Of a stretch of 64,000 nucleotides of DNA, positions 39,089 to 49,105 are shown piece after piece (the stretch's first letter is position 1; every line of letters begins with the position of its first letter). The stretch is taken from NCBI GenBank assembly GCA_964424615.1, contig CAYRIU010000007.1:20052-84051 (forward strand), written 5' to 3'. Origin of the DNA: an uncultured Gammaproteobacteria bacterium. GTDB taxonomy: Bacteria; Patescibacteriota; Patescibacteriia; UBA1558; GWA2-36-10. The notes under the pieces were generated by a model. That model did no database searches and was not told the origin of the DNA. It saw nothing but the letters and a program-made list of their open reading frames with translations. The position numbers and the translations under genes are program-made.

Positions 39089-40933
39089 CTACTTAAAATA
39101 TTCCTTATACCAAGCTTGGAAAGTCATAACTGCCCAAATCATATTAAGAGCATATTCTTTTTGATCTAAATGTCCCTGAAACAACTGATTGATTTTAGTG
39201 TAATCCAAATACTGCTTTGTTTCAGTATTAAAACCTGGAGACAAAAGCTCTTGGGCAAAATCTTTAAGATCTCCTCTGAGCCACTTGGCTGCTGGAGAAA
39301 ACCACCCACGTTTTTTTTCACTAAATAAATATTCTGGAAAATAATCTTGTAGGGCTTCGATAAATATTTTTTTGCCCTGCTGACGTTTATTTATTTTCCA
39401 AGCAGTTGGTATATTAAACGCTAGTTCTACCATATTTTTATCCAAAATAGGCACTCTTTGCTCCAAGGCCCAAGCCATACTCAACTTATCAGATCGTAAT
39501 AAAGATTCTTCTGCTAACCAAGTTTTAATATCCAATATCATGGAATTTTTGGTATAGTCTTGACCAAAGTTAACAAAAAATGATTGCCAATAATCCTGTA
39601 CAGTTTCCAAATCATTTACACCACTATGCAAAACACTGGATACTTGGTCTTCTTTTTGTGCCATGTAGCTAAAAAATCTATCCTGAACATTACTAATATT
39701 TACCTTCTTAAATACATTTTCTTTCTTGACTATTTTTGCTATATGTCTAGTCAAAAAATTATCCCTCAAATGCTGCGGAAATCTTTGCCATCGATCTATC
39801 CAGTAATTCAGATAATATCTTTCGTAGCCAGCAAAAAGCTCATCGCCACCATCGCCTCCCAAGATAACATCAACCTTTTGCTTAGCAAATTTAGCTAATA
39901 AATAATTAGCAACTTGAATATGATTGGAAGCCAAATCATCCATCTGATAGGCTACTTTGGAAAAATTATCAATAATATCTTGAGGTGCAATATCAATCTG
40001 CTGGTGATCAGTGTGATAATACTCTGCGGTCTTTTTAGCTAAAATGGCATCAGCATTATATTTCTCATAATCAATATCCGTCTTGAATCCTACTGTAAAA
40101 GTCTTGACTGGCTGTGCGACATGCTGCTGCATACTTCCCAAAATAGCTGTGGAATCAAAACCGCCCGAGAGAAATAAGCCCAATGGTCGATCAGACATCA
40201 ATTGGCTTTTGACTGCCATATCAAAAGTATGACGCAAATCATTTGTAGCTTGCTGATAGTCTGTATATTCTTGACTATTAGATAAATTATAATAACGCTT
40301 GATATCTAGCTGATTATTTTTTATCATCAAGTAGTGACCCGCCGGTAATTTAAAAATATTTTCAAAGGCAGTTTCTGGCTCTGGTATATACAAAAAACGA
40401 AAATAAATATTAAGAGCCCTAATATTCAAAATTCTTTTGATAGGATGTTCTAAAATACTTTTTATTTCAGAAGAAAAAATTAATTTATTATTTTGCCAAA
40501 AATAATACAATGGTTTAACACCAAAAGGATCACGAGCTAAGTATAATGTTTGGCTCTTTTTATCCCAGATAGCCAAAGCAAAAATACCATTGAGCTTATC
40601 AAAAATCTTAACCCCCCATTCCTGAAAACCAAGCAGAATAACCTCAGTATCGGTTTTTGATTTAAAAATACATCCTTTTTCTTCTAATTCTTTTTTAATT
40701 GACGCAAAATTATAAATTTCACCATTATAAACAATAGCTAAATTTTTATCTGGACTCAGCATTGGCTGATGACCAGCTGGACTCAAGTCAATGATTGATA
40801 AGCGATTGTGCCCCAAAGAAATATTTTCTTCCAACAAAATACCACTGTCATCTGGACCACGATGACTAGTTTTTTTGACCATTGCTTGTATCAAATTTTG
40901 GTCTCTGAAATTAAAACCATTTATACCACACAT
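39089..40933 (-). CDS. asnB: Asparagine synthase (glutamine-hydrolysing)-family amidotransferase
   Basis: 614 aa. N-terminal MCGI nucleophile and the SGGFDS PP-loop. Its position inside a glycan cluster suggests a sugar-acid amidotransferase role (inference). Confidence 0.85.
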   Translation of the reverse strand: MCGINGFNFRDQNLIQAMVKKTSHRGPDDSGILLEENISLGHNRLSIIDLSPAGHQPMLSPDKNLAIVYNGEIYNFASIKKELEEKGCIFKSKTDTEVILLGFQEWGVKIFDKLNGIFALAIWDKKSQTLYLARDPFGVKPLYYFWQNNKLIFSSEIKSILEHPIKRILNIRALNIYFRFLYIPEPETAFENIFKLPAGHYLMIKNNQLDIKRYYNLSNSQEYTDYQQATNDLRHTFDMAVKSQLMSDRPLGLFLSGGFDSTAILGSMQQHVAQPVKTFTVGFKTDIDYEKYNADAILAKKTAEYYHTDHQQIDIAPQDIIDNFSKVAYQMDDLASNHIQVANYLLAKFAKQKVDVILGGDGGDELFAGYERYYLNYWIDRWQRFPQHLRDNFLTRHIAKIVKKENVFKKVNISNVQDRFFSYMAQKEDQVSSVLHSGVNDLETVQDYWQSFFVNFGQDYTKNSMILDIKTWLAEESLLRSDKLSMAWALEQRVPILDKNMVELAFNIPTAWKINKRQQGKKIFIEALQDYFPEYLFSEKKRGWFSPAAKWLRGDLKDFAQELLSPGFNTETKQYLDYTKINQLFQGHLDQKEYALNMIWAVMTFQAWYKEYFK

Positions 40934-41940
40934 TAGAAATAAGTAATAATCTTTTTAATCAAACTCTGCAAAGAATGATGTTCTACCACAATTTTTTTTA
41001 AATCATCAGCACTCAAATTATGCCAAGGTGCTTGTAAAATAAATTTAGCAATAGTAGCTGGTTCGTCATTTTCTGGATATAATGGTAATCCTATAGCCTC
41101 TGAATTACCCTTGGTAGTTACTGGAAATATACCAAACAGCATGGCTTCTAGCATGGTTTTGTCTATAGTTTCTGAAGCCATATTGACCATCAAGCTGTAC
41201 TGCGGATATATCTTTTTGAGCTCTGGCGCAGGCAATGGACCCATGAACTTTACACGATCTTCGAGTTTTAATTCTTTAACTAATGCACGCATTTCATCGG
41301 CATAATCCTGCTCCACATCACGACCATAAATAGTCAGATTATATTCTGATGGCAAATATAATAAAGCTCTAATTCCTATCTCCAATCTTTTGGAACGACA
41401 AATACGATGAACAGTCAAAATATTTTTGGCGCTATAAATTTTTTCTCCTTTGGCATCAGCCCAAAAACTCAAATCAATACCATGTCCGGTTACTACTTTT
41501 TTTGGTGTAATGTATTGTGGTAAACTTTGCGGAGTAGCACAAAACATATTCGTCGCTAGCCAGCCAGTAACTCGTAAATACCAAGTCATAGTATAATGCG
41601 TATACCATAAATAAAATTTACGCCTCCTCATCTTCCAATACCAGCCACCCAAAGCTGACCATTCGGGATTCATGTGTACAAAAACATGAGTATATTTTAG
41701 GGAGAAAATTAATTTATAAAAATTTAAAATCCAACGCCATTTTGGTAAATTATTTTCTTTGCCCAAAGAATAAACTGGGAAATGATTATCAAAACTACCT
41801 TTCCACAAACAAATAACTTGCACATCTACGCCATTTTTTATGAATTCATCAATCCACTGAATGACAAAAGCCAAATCATCATCCTGATCATTGATACGCT
41901 GTGTAATAAAAAGTAATTTTATTTTTTGATTGCCTGCCAT
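40933..41940 (-). CDS. Glycosyltransferase (GT4-like)
   Basis: 335 aa with a C-terminal Glycos_transf_1-like region. Confidence 0.7.
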   Translation of the reverse strand: MAGNQKIKLLFITQRINDQDDDLAFVIQWIDEFIKNGVDVQVICLWKGSFDNHFPVYSLGKENNLPKWRWILNFYKLIFSLKYTHVFVHMNPEWSALGGWYWKMRRRKFYLWYTHYTMTWYLRVTGWLATNMFCATPQSLPQYITPKKVVTGHGIDLSFWADAKGEKIYSAKNILTVHRICRSKRLEIGIRALLYLPSEYNLTIYGRDVEQDYADEMRALVKELKLEDRVKFMGPLPAPELKKIYPQYSLMVNMASETIDKTMLEAMLFGIFPVTTKGNSEAIGLPLYPENDEPATIAKFILQAPWHNLSADDLKKIVVEHHSLQSLIKKIITYF

Positions 41941-42989
41941 TGTTTCAAAATTAAAGTAAAAGTTTCCTGGTTATCTACCTTTTTTTCTTTTAGTAAATTA
42001 TTTTTTATACTCTGATAAAAATCGGGCTGACGCATTTTTTCCATAGCCTGGACCAAAGCTTTTTGATTATTTATTGGTATGACTAGACCATGTATATTAT
42101 CTTGTATTATTTCTCTAGCACAGCCCACATCAGTCATAATCACTGGCAAATGACAATTCTTGGCCTCTACCGCTACTAGACCATAGCCTTCGCTGTCAGA
42201 GGTCAAAAGCAAACAATCAGCAGTATGATAAAGGTCGCCTAATTTTTCTTGCCAACCAAAAAATATAACTTGTTCTGTAATATGCAAATCGTCAGCTAAT
42301 TTTTTCAAATTATCTTTTTCTGGACCATCACCCACCACCACTAATTTTATTTTCTGCCGATCTGCTATATTTTTGATTGCAGCTAACTGCAATGCAATAT
42401 TTTTGACTGGAACCAAACGACCGACAGTCAAAAAAATAAAATGCTCCGGATAAATTTTGTGCAAATCAATAATATTGGTGTTAGATAAATTTTCTGTATT
42501 TATAACCACTGGAGCAATATAAATTTTATCGGCACTGACGCCATATTTTTCTATCAGATAATTTTTCAAACGCTGACTTACTACTCGCACCAAATCAGCA
42601 TTTTCTAAACATTTTTTGGCTAAATAATTTCTTAATATATTATTTTTTTCAAAACCATGTATTTGTACTTCATATTTCAAATGAAATTTTTTAGCTAAAA
42701 CTAGACCCAAAAAACCCAAAAAACCACTATCCTGGACAGTCAATAAGTCAAATTTTTCTTTTTGTAATAAACTATTTAAATTTTTATGGACATTAAATAA
42801 AGATGCAAATTTGTTAGAACCATCAATACCCCAAGCAATAACTTGAGCAGATAATTCAATCTTTTGCTCTTTAGCTGGCACCACTACTAAATATTTGTCT
42901 AGTTGATTAGCTAAAACAAGCGTCCGCTGGGCTACAGAAGATTGTGATTCAAATATTTTTTTATCTAAACTTAGAGATAATATTTTCAT
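41919..42989 (-). CDS. Glycosyltransferase family 4
   Basis: 356 aa, GT-B fold. Confidence 0.8.
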   Translation of the reverse strand: MKILSLSLDKKIFESQSSVAQRTLVLANQLDKYLVVVPAKEQKIELSAQVIAWGIDGSNKFASLFNVHKNLNSLLQKEKFDLLTVQDSGFLGFLGLVLAKKFHLKYEVQIHGFEKNNILRNYLAKKCLENADLVRVVSQRLKNYLIEKYGVSADKIYIAPVVINTENLSNTNIIDLHKIYPEHFIFLTVGRLVPVKNIALQLAAIKNIADRQKIKLVVVGDGPEKDNLKKLADDLHITEQVIFFGWQEKLGDLYHTADCLLLTSDSEGYGLVAVEAKNCHLPVIMTDVGCAREIIQDNIHGLVIPINNQKALVQAMEKMRQPDFYQSIKNNLLKEKKVDNQETFTLILKQWQAIKK

Positions 42990-44098
42990 GATTGTAATAT
43001 CTTTATAGTATCAATAGCGGCTTGATTATAAGAATAATTATAACTCAAATACTTTATTTTCTGGGAATAATTTATATAATTATTATCTTCTTCCAATTTT
43101 TGCAGACACTGAGTGATTTCTTCAATTTTTTGAGGATCAAACAAAATAATGTCTTTTTTTAACCAGTCAAAACCAATTTCCTGAGAACTAATAAAAGGAA
43201 TTTTGACTTGGATGCAATCCAACATGGTATTGGGACTGATATCACTCAAAGAGGGAAAGATCATTAATCTACTTTCGGCCATTTTTTTAATCAAATTATG
43301 TCTAGATAATTTTTCTGCTAAAACTATATTTTGATAGTTATTTTCCTTAATAAAAAATTCTAACTTACTTTTCAATGGTCCATCGCCAATCAAAACTAAT
43401 CTATATTTATCTTGCGACCAAGCGACAAAAGCTTTGACCAGATTAAAAATATTATTTTTATTTATAAAACGCCCAGCAAAAATAATATCATTATTAATAC
43501 GATTTTCATCCCGCTGAATATTTATTTTTTGGTCAATAGGATTCTGAACAACAGATAATTGTTTATTTGCTAAACCATAATAATGTTTTGTAAAAATATT
43601 TTTTTGCCACTCAGTAGTAAATATGACACCACGACACTGTTCAAAAATCCAATTGATTAATTTAAAACGATTGAGATCTTTTCTATACAAATCTTGTTCA
43701 TAATACTGATCTAGAGTTACCGACTCACTTTCTACGTATCTCTCCCAAATAAAATCACCACCGACTCTGATATAAAGTGGTTTGGCAAAAATACGACTGA
43801 TAGTAGCCGCTGGTAAACCAGCACTAAAATGATCAAAACAATAAATCAGATCATATTTTGGAGTTAATTTAAAAAGCGCCAAAAAATAACGCCAATAATT
43901 ACTTAATTTATTCTTACGTAAAACCCTATGAACCCTATATACCAAAGTTTTGTCTATATCGTATATTTCTTTATCAGAGTAGCATACTACTACTACTTGA
44001 TGACCTTGGGCCAAAAACTGCTCAGCAATAAGCGGAATATAGGTAGCTGGACCTCCTATCTCCGGTGCAAATATGCCTGTAGCAATAAGTATTTTCAT
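42986..44098 (-). CDS. Glycosyltransferase family 4
   Basis: 370 aa, GT-B fold. Confidence 0.8.
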   Translation of the reverse strand: MKILIATGIFAPEIGGPATYIPLIAEQFLAQGHQVVVVCYSDKEIYDIDKTLVYRVHRVLRKNKLSNYWRYFLALFKLTPKYDLIYCFDHFSAGLPAATISRIFAKPLYIRVGGDFIWERYVESESVTLDQYYEQDLYRKDLNRFKLINWIFEQCRGVIFTTEWQKNIFTKHYYGLANKQLSVVQNPIDQKINIQRDENRINNDIIFAGRFINKNNIFNLVKAFVAWSQDKYRLVLIGDGPLKSKLEFFIKENNYQNIVLAEKLSRHNLIKKMAESRLMIFPSLSDISPNTMLDCIQVKIPFISSQEIGFDWLKKDIILFDPQKIEEITQCLQKLEEDNNYINYSQKIKYLSYNYSYNQAAIDTIKILQS

Positions 44099-44108
44099 AT
44101 TTTATATA

Positions 44109-44316
44109 CGCCATTCTGGAATGACACAACAATTAAATATCTTTACTTAAATTTATCCGTCATTCTGGAGGCCGTAGGCCTATAGAATCCCATTGGGATC
44201 CTATCGCTGGACTTCCTCGTCATCCTGAACTTGTTTCAGGATCTCATTGGGATTCCGGATCACCCGCCCGCCATGACCGCCAGTCAGGCGTGTCGGGCGG
44301 GAGTCCGGAATGACAT
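44109..44316. repeat. GC-rich (~50%) structured island with nested inverted repeats, flanked by 11-nt direct repeats c(t/c)ggaatgaca
   Basis: ggaatgac (44120) pairs with gtcattc (44159); gtcatcc (44218) pairs with ggaatgac (44308). Hairpin cccgcccg/cgggcggg (44263-44303). Two copies of cattgggat. Composition contrasts with the ~33% GC surroundings. Confidence 0.5.
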
Positions 44317-44321
44317 AATAA

Positions 44322-44612
44322 CTAAAGCTCTTTACTCAAATCCTTCCAATCCTTATTAAACGAATCAATTAGTTTATTTTTCCAATCTCTATGCCAATTC
44401 TTCAACTGCTTTTCTCTAGAAATAGCCTCATAAACATCCTCATAAATTTCATAATAAACTAACTTATCTACATTATATCTACGAGTAAATCCTTTAGCTA
44501 CTTGCTCTTTGTGTTGAAATATTCGGCCTAATAAATTACTAGTGATGCCTACATACAAGACTGTGTTATTTTTATTTGTCAAAATATAGACAAAATATTG
44601 CTTGTCGTACAT
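44322..44612 (-). CDS. GIY-YIG nuclease family protein
   Basis: 96 aa. YFVYILTN...LYVGITSNLLGRIFQH...YYE...AISREKQLK is the GIY-YIG core. Confidence 0.85.
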   Translation of the reverse strand: MYDKQYFVYILTNKNNTVLYVGITSNLLGRIFQHKEQVAKGFTRRYNVDKLVYYEIYEDVYEAISREKQLKNWHRDWKNKLIDSFNKDWKDLSKEL

Positions 44613-44715
44613 AATCGCTTTTCTAGCCTGTATTTTAGCTAATAAAACTTGCTTTAGCCTTATAAATACTATAAAATTATACCAGAATAGCTAAAAATAA
44701 TCAATATATAAAATA

Positions 44716-44727
44716 GCTAATATTAGC
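44716..44727. promoter_or_regulatory. Perfect 12-bp palindrome GCTAATATTAGC, 15 nt upstream of the GT4 gene start; further TAGCTAA(T/A) half-sites at 44634-44647 and 44688-44700
   Basis: Seen directly in the sequence. Candidate operator for a dimeric regulator. Confidence 0.4.
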
Positions 44728-44741
44728 CAAAAAATCAATTT

Positions 44742-45923
44742 ATGACAGTAGATAAAAAACTAAGTGGTAAAAAAATATTATACCTCATCACCCAAACTAA
44801 ATGGGGTGGAGCTCAAAAATATGTCCTGGAGCTGGCTACATATTTTGCTAAAAATAATGAGGTACATATAGCCCATGGCGAGGTGGATCATCCTAATAAA
44901 AAATTTTTAGACTACTGCCAAAAACTAAATATCAAAACTATCCCCATAAAATATTTGGTACGCAACATAGACCTCAGTAATGAATTTTTGGCTACCAAAG
45001 AAATTACAAAATTGTTAAATAAAAATAACTATAATATCATACACCTCAATAGCTCAAAGGCAGGTGCCGTCGGCTCTCTGGCTAGTATGTTTTATAACTT
45101 TAACCCACTAAATGTCAAAGCTAAAATAATCTACACTGCTCATGGATATGTTTTTAACGAGCCTCTCAATACTCTAGTACGTCGAGCCTACATCATGTCT
45201 GAAACTTTCTCAGCTGGACTACAAAACAAAATAATAGCTGTCTCAGAATACGACAGGCAATCAGCTATAGATCAAAAAATATGTTTGCCAAACAAAATCA
45301 CAGCCATACATAATGGCGTCAATGAAGCGGATTATAATTTTTTACCAAAAGAAACTGCTCGAGCTGAACTAAAGCTTGATTCAAAATATAAGTATATCGG
45401 CACCATTGCTAGCTTTTACAAAGCCAAGGGCTATCATTATCTTGCTGAAGCTATCAAAATGATCAAAGACGAAACACCACATTTTTTGGAAACACATCGT
45501 TTCACTTGGATTGGTGATGGACCAGAGCTCACTGAAATACAAAAATATTTAGAAGAAAATAAATTATCAGAATATATCACTATCACTACACCGACTGACA
45601 ATGACTGGCGATTTATAAAAGCTTTTGACTATTTCGTCTTGCCATCGGTCAAAGAAGGTCTGCCATATTCCCTTTTGGAGGCTGGACTGGCTAAGATACC
45701 AGTGATTAGTACTGAGGTTGGTGGTATACCAGAGATTATCAAAAATAAAGACAATGGCTATCTGGTCACGCCAGCCAATCCCCTATCTCTCAAAAATGCC
45801 ATATTAGAACTCAGCGATAATCATGCCCTATCTCAAAATATAGCTGATAAAAATTATATTAATATCAAAGAAAATTTTTCTCTAGATAAAACCATCTTAG
45901 AAACAGAAAATATATATTTATAA
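44742..45923 (+). CDS. Glycosyltransferase family 4
   Basis: 393 aa. Glycos_transf_1 domain (LPSVKEGLPYSLLEAGLAKIPVISTEVGGIPEII). Confidence 0.85.
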   Translation: MTVDKKLSGKKILYLITQTKWGGAQKYVLELATYFAKNNEVHIAHGEVDHPNKKFLDYCQKLNIKTIPIKYLVRNIDLSNEFLATKEITKLLNKNNYNIIHLNSSKAGAVGSLASMFYNFNPLNVKAKIIYTAHGYVFNEPLNTLVRRAYIMSETFSAGLQNKIIAVSEYDRQSAIDQKICLPNKITAIHNGVNEADYNFLPKETARAELKLDSKYKYIGTIASFYKAKGYHYLAEAIKMIKDETPHFLETHRFTWIGDGPELTEIQKYLEENKLSEYITITTPTDNDWRFIKAFDYFVLPSVKEGLPYSLLEAGLAKIPVISTEVGGIPEIIKNKDNGYLVTPANPLSLKNAILELSDNHALSQNIADKNYINIKENFSLDKTILETENIYL

Positions 45924-45936
45924 AATATTTTTAAAT

Positions 45937-46006
45937 AAAAATACCCCCTCTTTTTCTCCCCCTAAATTAGGGGGAGATGTCCGTGAGGACAGAGGGGGTA
46001 TTTTTT
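45937..46006. repeat. ~65-nt nested-hairpin repeat, copy A; probable bidirectional terminator between convergent genes
   Basis: Outer stem taccccctct/agagggggta. Inner perfect palindrome ctccccctaa-a-ttagggggag. Flanked by an A run and a T run. Near-identical to the reverse complement of 55643-55707. Confidence 0.75.
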
Positions 46007-46008
46007 GG

Positions 46009-48195
46009 TTATTTTTGATTTTTTAAATCTTCTAAATATTTGATGTACTCACCAACTGTCGACTGCATTTCGGGGTGTTGAAATAAAACATTTCGTAGGT
46101 AATCTATAGCTTTCTGATACTCCTTGCGAGACTCATAAATAGAAGCCAGGGAAATATATGCACTATAATTATTTGGATCGCTTGGTATGGCTTTTTCTAC
46201 CAATATACTTTCTGCTTTATCTACTAAACCAGCTTCAAAATAATATTTACCAATAAGACGATAACTTTCACTCGTCGCTGTAGGAAAATGTTCATTAAAT
46301 TGATCAATGTAAAAATTCATTTTATTATAGTCTTTTAACTGTAGGGAAATATTAATAATATTGAGATAATCACTTTCACGTCTCTGACTGATGGTTAATA
46401 TCTTTTCTAAATATTCTATACTTTTTGCTAAATCTTTTTTGAGATAATATCCCTGAGCCAAAGTGGTATAAATCTCCAATCTATTGGGAGAATCATCAAT
46501 ATTATTAATAATCACATTTATAGATTCATCTATATAAAAATCATTAAAACTAGAATAATTTTGGTAAAGTTCAGCTAAAATAAGACGTGTCCTGATATCA
46601 TGCGGATCTTTTTTCAAAACATCCAATGCTGATTTTTCTGCTTCTTCAAAAATTTGTTTTTGTAACTGAAAACTAAAATCTTTACTATCTAAAGTTTGTA
46701 AAGAATATTTAACCAACTGAGATGTAATCTCAGAATTACCATATGTATGGTAAGATAAGGCTTTCTTATATAGCCCCAAAACCTTATTTGGGTCAATAAC
46801 ATAATTTCTAACAGCATCTATACTAGTAGCATTAGCTTTAGCTGGTAACCATAAAATATTATAAGCCACTAAAATAACTATAACTATATTAATATAAAAA
46901 AATAAACTACCGATTTTTTTTATACTATTTGGCAGGTAAAAAAAATGTTCTTGCTCATTGCCACCACTCAGTACTCCTACAAAAGCTAACATAGCAATAA
47001 CCAAAATCCAAGTATTAATAGTATCAAAAACAAACAAATTACTAAATAAGTAACTGATAAACAAACCTAAAATAATAATAGCTAAATTAAAATCTTTATT
47101 CTTTATTTTCCATAATGCAAAACTAGTGGCTACAAAAATTAATAAATAAGCTAATAAGCCCACAATACCACTGCTACCTAGATAGTCAAAAATAAAACTA
47201 TGGGCTTTATCAAACCATTGTTCTGTAATTTCTGGATTATAATATTTATTAATGCCATAAATAATATTTTCCGGTCCATAACCTAAAATTGGTTTATCCT
47301 TGAATGCTTCATAAGTGACCTGCCATGTCAGCAAGCGATTATTGGTGCTAAAATCTGAGCGAGAAATACTGGTTAATCTTTTTAAAAACAAAGTATGCTC
47401 AACCCAACCAGAATTTTTTTGACTTATAACTAAAGTACCAAACAAGATGGTCAAAAAAATTAAGCTAAAAAAAATATATTTTATTTTTTTATCTTGTGAC
47501 CAGCTATAAAATATAGCCCAAATAAATATACCCAGTAATAAGCCCAAGATACTACCTCTGGAAGCATTTATAAGAATACTAAAAACTAGAGTTATGGCTG
47601 TGATACCACATAATATAGCCATTTTCCTACTTTTATCCAAGTGATATATAATAGCAGCGATAAAAACATTTATCATTAAATAGGAGCCCAAAAAAGCTGT
47701 GTTCCCTATAGTACTGGCATTAGCAAAAAAACTACCCTGTACACCAAGACGATCTAAAAACATAAAAAACATGACACACCAAGAGCTAAGTAGTGCAATT
47801 TTTAAAAACCACAGCCAAGTCTCTCTAGTCTTAAAAGTATTAATAAGTGCCAAAAAATATAAAGTCAAAAATATAATATTTAATAATCCATCCATACGCT
47901 CATAATTCCCCCAAAAACTATGGTAAGGGTTGACACCAAAAATTGTAGCTAATAACTGTACACCAAAAAATATCAACCAAGAATACCAAATATAATTTTT
48001 TTTACCGGCAATTTTACCATCAACAAAAAAATTATAGGAAACCAAAAGCATGACTAATAATACTAAAAATCGAAAAACAAAATTTTTCAAACTAATAAAT
48101 GGAAAAAAGAAACTATCACTTACAAACAATGGTGTAAATAAAACAAATATCAAAATTAACTTTTTAACTTTTTCTATTACCTTATTTTCAAGCAT
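46009..48195 (-). CDS. O-antigen ligase/polymerase-like polytopic membrane protein with C-terminal TPR repeats (paralog of 24434-26599)
   Basis: 728 aa. More than 10 TMs, then TPR-like repeats. Confidence 0.65.
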   Translation of the reverse strand: MLENKVIEKVKKLILIFVLFTPLFVSDSFFFPFISLKNFVFRFLVLLVMLLVSYNFFVDGKIAGKKNYIWYSWLIFFGVQLLATIFGVNPYHSFWGNYERMDGLLNIIFLTLYFLALINTFKTRETWLWFLKIALLSSWCVMFFMFLDRLGVQGSFFANASTIGNTAFLGSYLMINVFIAAIIYHLDKSRKMAILCGITAITLVFSILINASRGSILGLLLGIFIWAIFYSWSQDKKIKYIFFSLIFLTILFGTLVISQKNSGWVEHTLFLKRLTSISRSDFSTNNRLLTWQVTYEAFKDKPILGYGPENIIYGINKYYNPEITEQWFDKAHSFIFDYLGSSGIVGLLAYLLIFVATSFALWKIKNKDFNLAIIILGLFISYLFSNLFVFDTINTWILVIAMLAFVGVLSGGNEQEHFFYLPNSIKKIGSLFFYINIVIVILVAYNILWLPAKANATSIDAVRNYVIDPNKVLGLYKKALSYHTYGNSEITSQLVKYSLQTLDSKDFSFQLQKQIFEEAEKSALDVLKKDPHDIRTRLILAELYQNYSSFNDFYIDESINVIINNIDDSPNRLEIYTTLAQGYYLKKDLAKSIEYLEKILTISQRRESDYLNIINISLQLKDYNKMNFYIDQFNEHFPTATSESYRLIGKYYFEAGLVDKAESILVEKAIPSDPNNYSAYISLASIYESRKEYQKAIDYLRNVLFQHPEMQSTVGEYIKYLEDLKNQK

Positions 48196-48199
48196 AAAT

Positions 48200-49027
48200 C
48201 TATTTTAAATCTATTAATCCTTGTAAGCGATCAATTTCTTTCTGCTCTTTACTACCAGATATTTTTTCATATTCACGCCACATTATGATGGCCTGTGTAT
48301 AATCTTTTTTAACTCTCTCTAAATAATAGGCATACTCTTTTGTGATATCTAGTTTGTTATCTACTGTTGCTATGCCCATACTGTAAATATTATCTGCTTT
48401 ATTAACATCGCTAGAATATCTACTATACAAATTAGCTAGCCTGATATAGCCCTCCGCTTCTTTTGGGTAAATATTAATAACTTTATAGAGTAATGTAGCC
48501 GAATCTTTATATTGACCCATCATTAAATATAAATTACTCAAATTAATCATGGTCTTATAATCATCAGGCCATAATTCAAAAATCTTTTTATAAGCAATTT
48601 CAGCTTCTTGATATTTAGCTAAAATATCATAAGCATGAGCAATATTAAAATAATCATCTTTCAAATTTTTATACTCTGATTTAGATGGCGTGTTGTTTGC
48701 TATGGCTTTTTGTGAAATGTCAATTTCGTTTAAATAAACATTTTTTACATTATCTGGTGGTAAAACCGACCCCTCTGTCGGTCGCTCTGGCGTGTTTTTG
48801 AAATATTTATCAACATCACTAACGTCTAATTGACCAGCTAACGCTCTTTTTTGCTCTACTTTTTTTTGATAATAATTATAATAAAAAATGCCACCAAAGC
48901 CTATAATTATAGCTAATAATATAAAGATGGTTTGACGCCACTTTGCTAGCCAAATCTTTTGTTTGTTATTATCCATATTTGTTAAGTTAATTACCAATAA
49001 TATAGCAAACTTTGTATATTTTAGCAA
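48200..49027 (-). CDS. TPR-repeat protein with N-terminal membrane anchor
   Basis: About 258-275 aa with one TM then TPR repeats. The ORF-track start is a TTG; the ATG at approx 48976 (MDNNKQK) is more likely. Confidence 0.6.
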   Translation of the reverse strand: MLKYTKFAILLVINLTNMDNNKQKIWLAKWRQTIFILLAIIIGFGGIFYYNYYQKKVEQKRALAGQLDVSDVDKYFKNTPERPTEGSVLPPDNVKNVYLNEIDISQKAIANNTPSKSEYKNLKDDYFNIAHAYDILAKYQEAEIAYKKIFELWPDDYKTMINLSNLYLMMGQYKDSATLLYKVINIYPKEAEGYIRLANLYSRYSSDVNKADNIYSMGIATVDNKLDITKEYAYYLERVKKDYTQAIIMWREYEKISGSKEQKEIDRLQGLIDLK

Positions 49028-49058
49028 AATCCCGCCCCGCTTACGCGGGACGGGATTT
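49027..49058 (-). terminator. GC-rich hairpin downstream of the 1181-aa gene
   Basis: aaatcccgccccgc-ttac-gcgggacgggattt. The T tract on the minus strand is short (4 nt), so termination efficiency is uncertain. Confidence 0.5.
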
Positions 49059-49105
49059 GCAATATATCAAATTACCTTGACTAACAGATTTTCTAAAAAT
49101 TAATA

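Noticed and set aside
44109-44316. Possible tRNA or tmRNA in the GC-rich island
   Set aside because: No cloverleaf could be folded (no T-arm GTTCRANYC, no acceptor/CCA context), and no tmRNA tag-peptide reading frame was seen.
49027-49058. Hairpin as a strong intrinsic terminator for the 1181-aa gene
   Set aside because: The stem is good, but the downstream U tract on the minus strand is only about 4 nt, so it is kept as a low-confidence terminator or RNA-stability hairpin.
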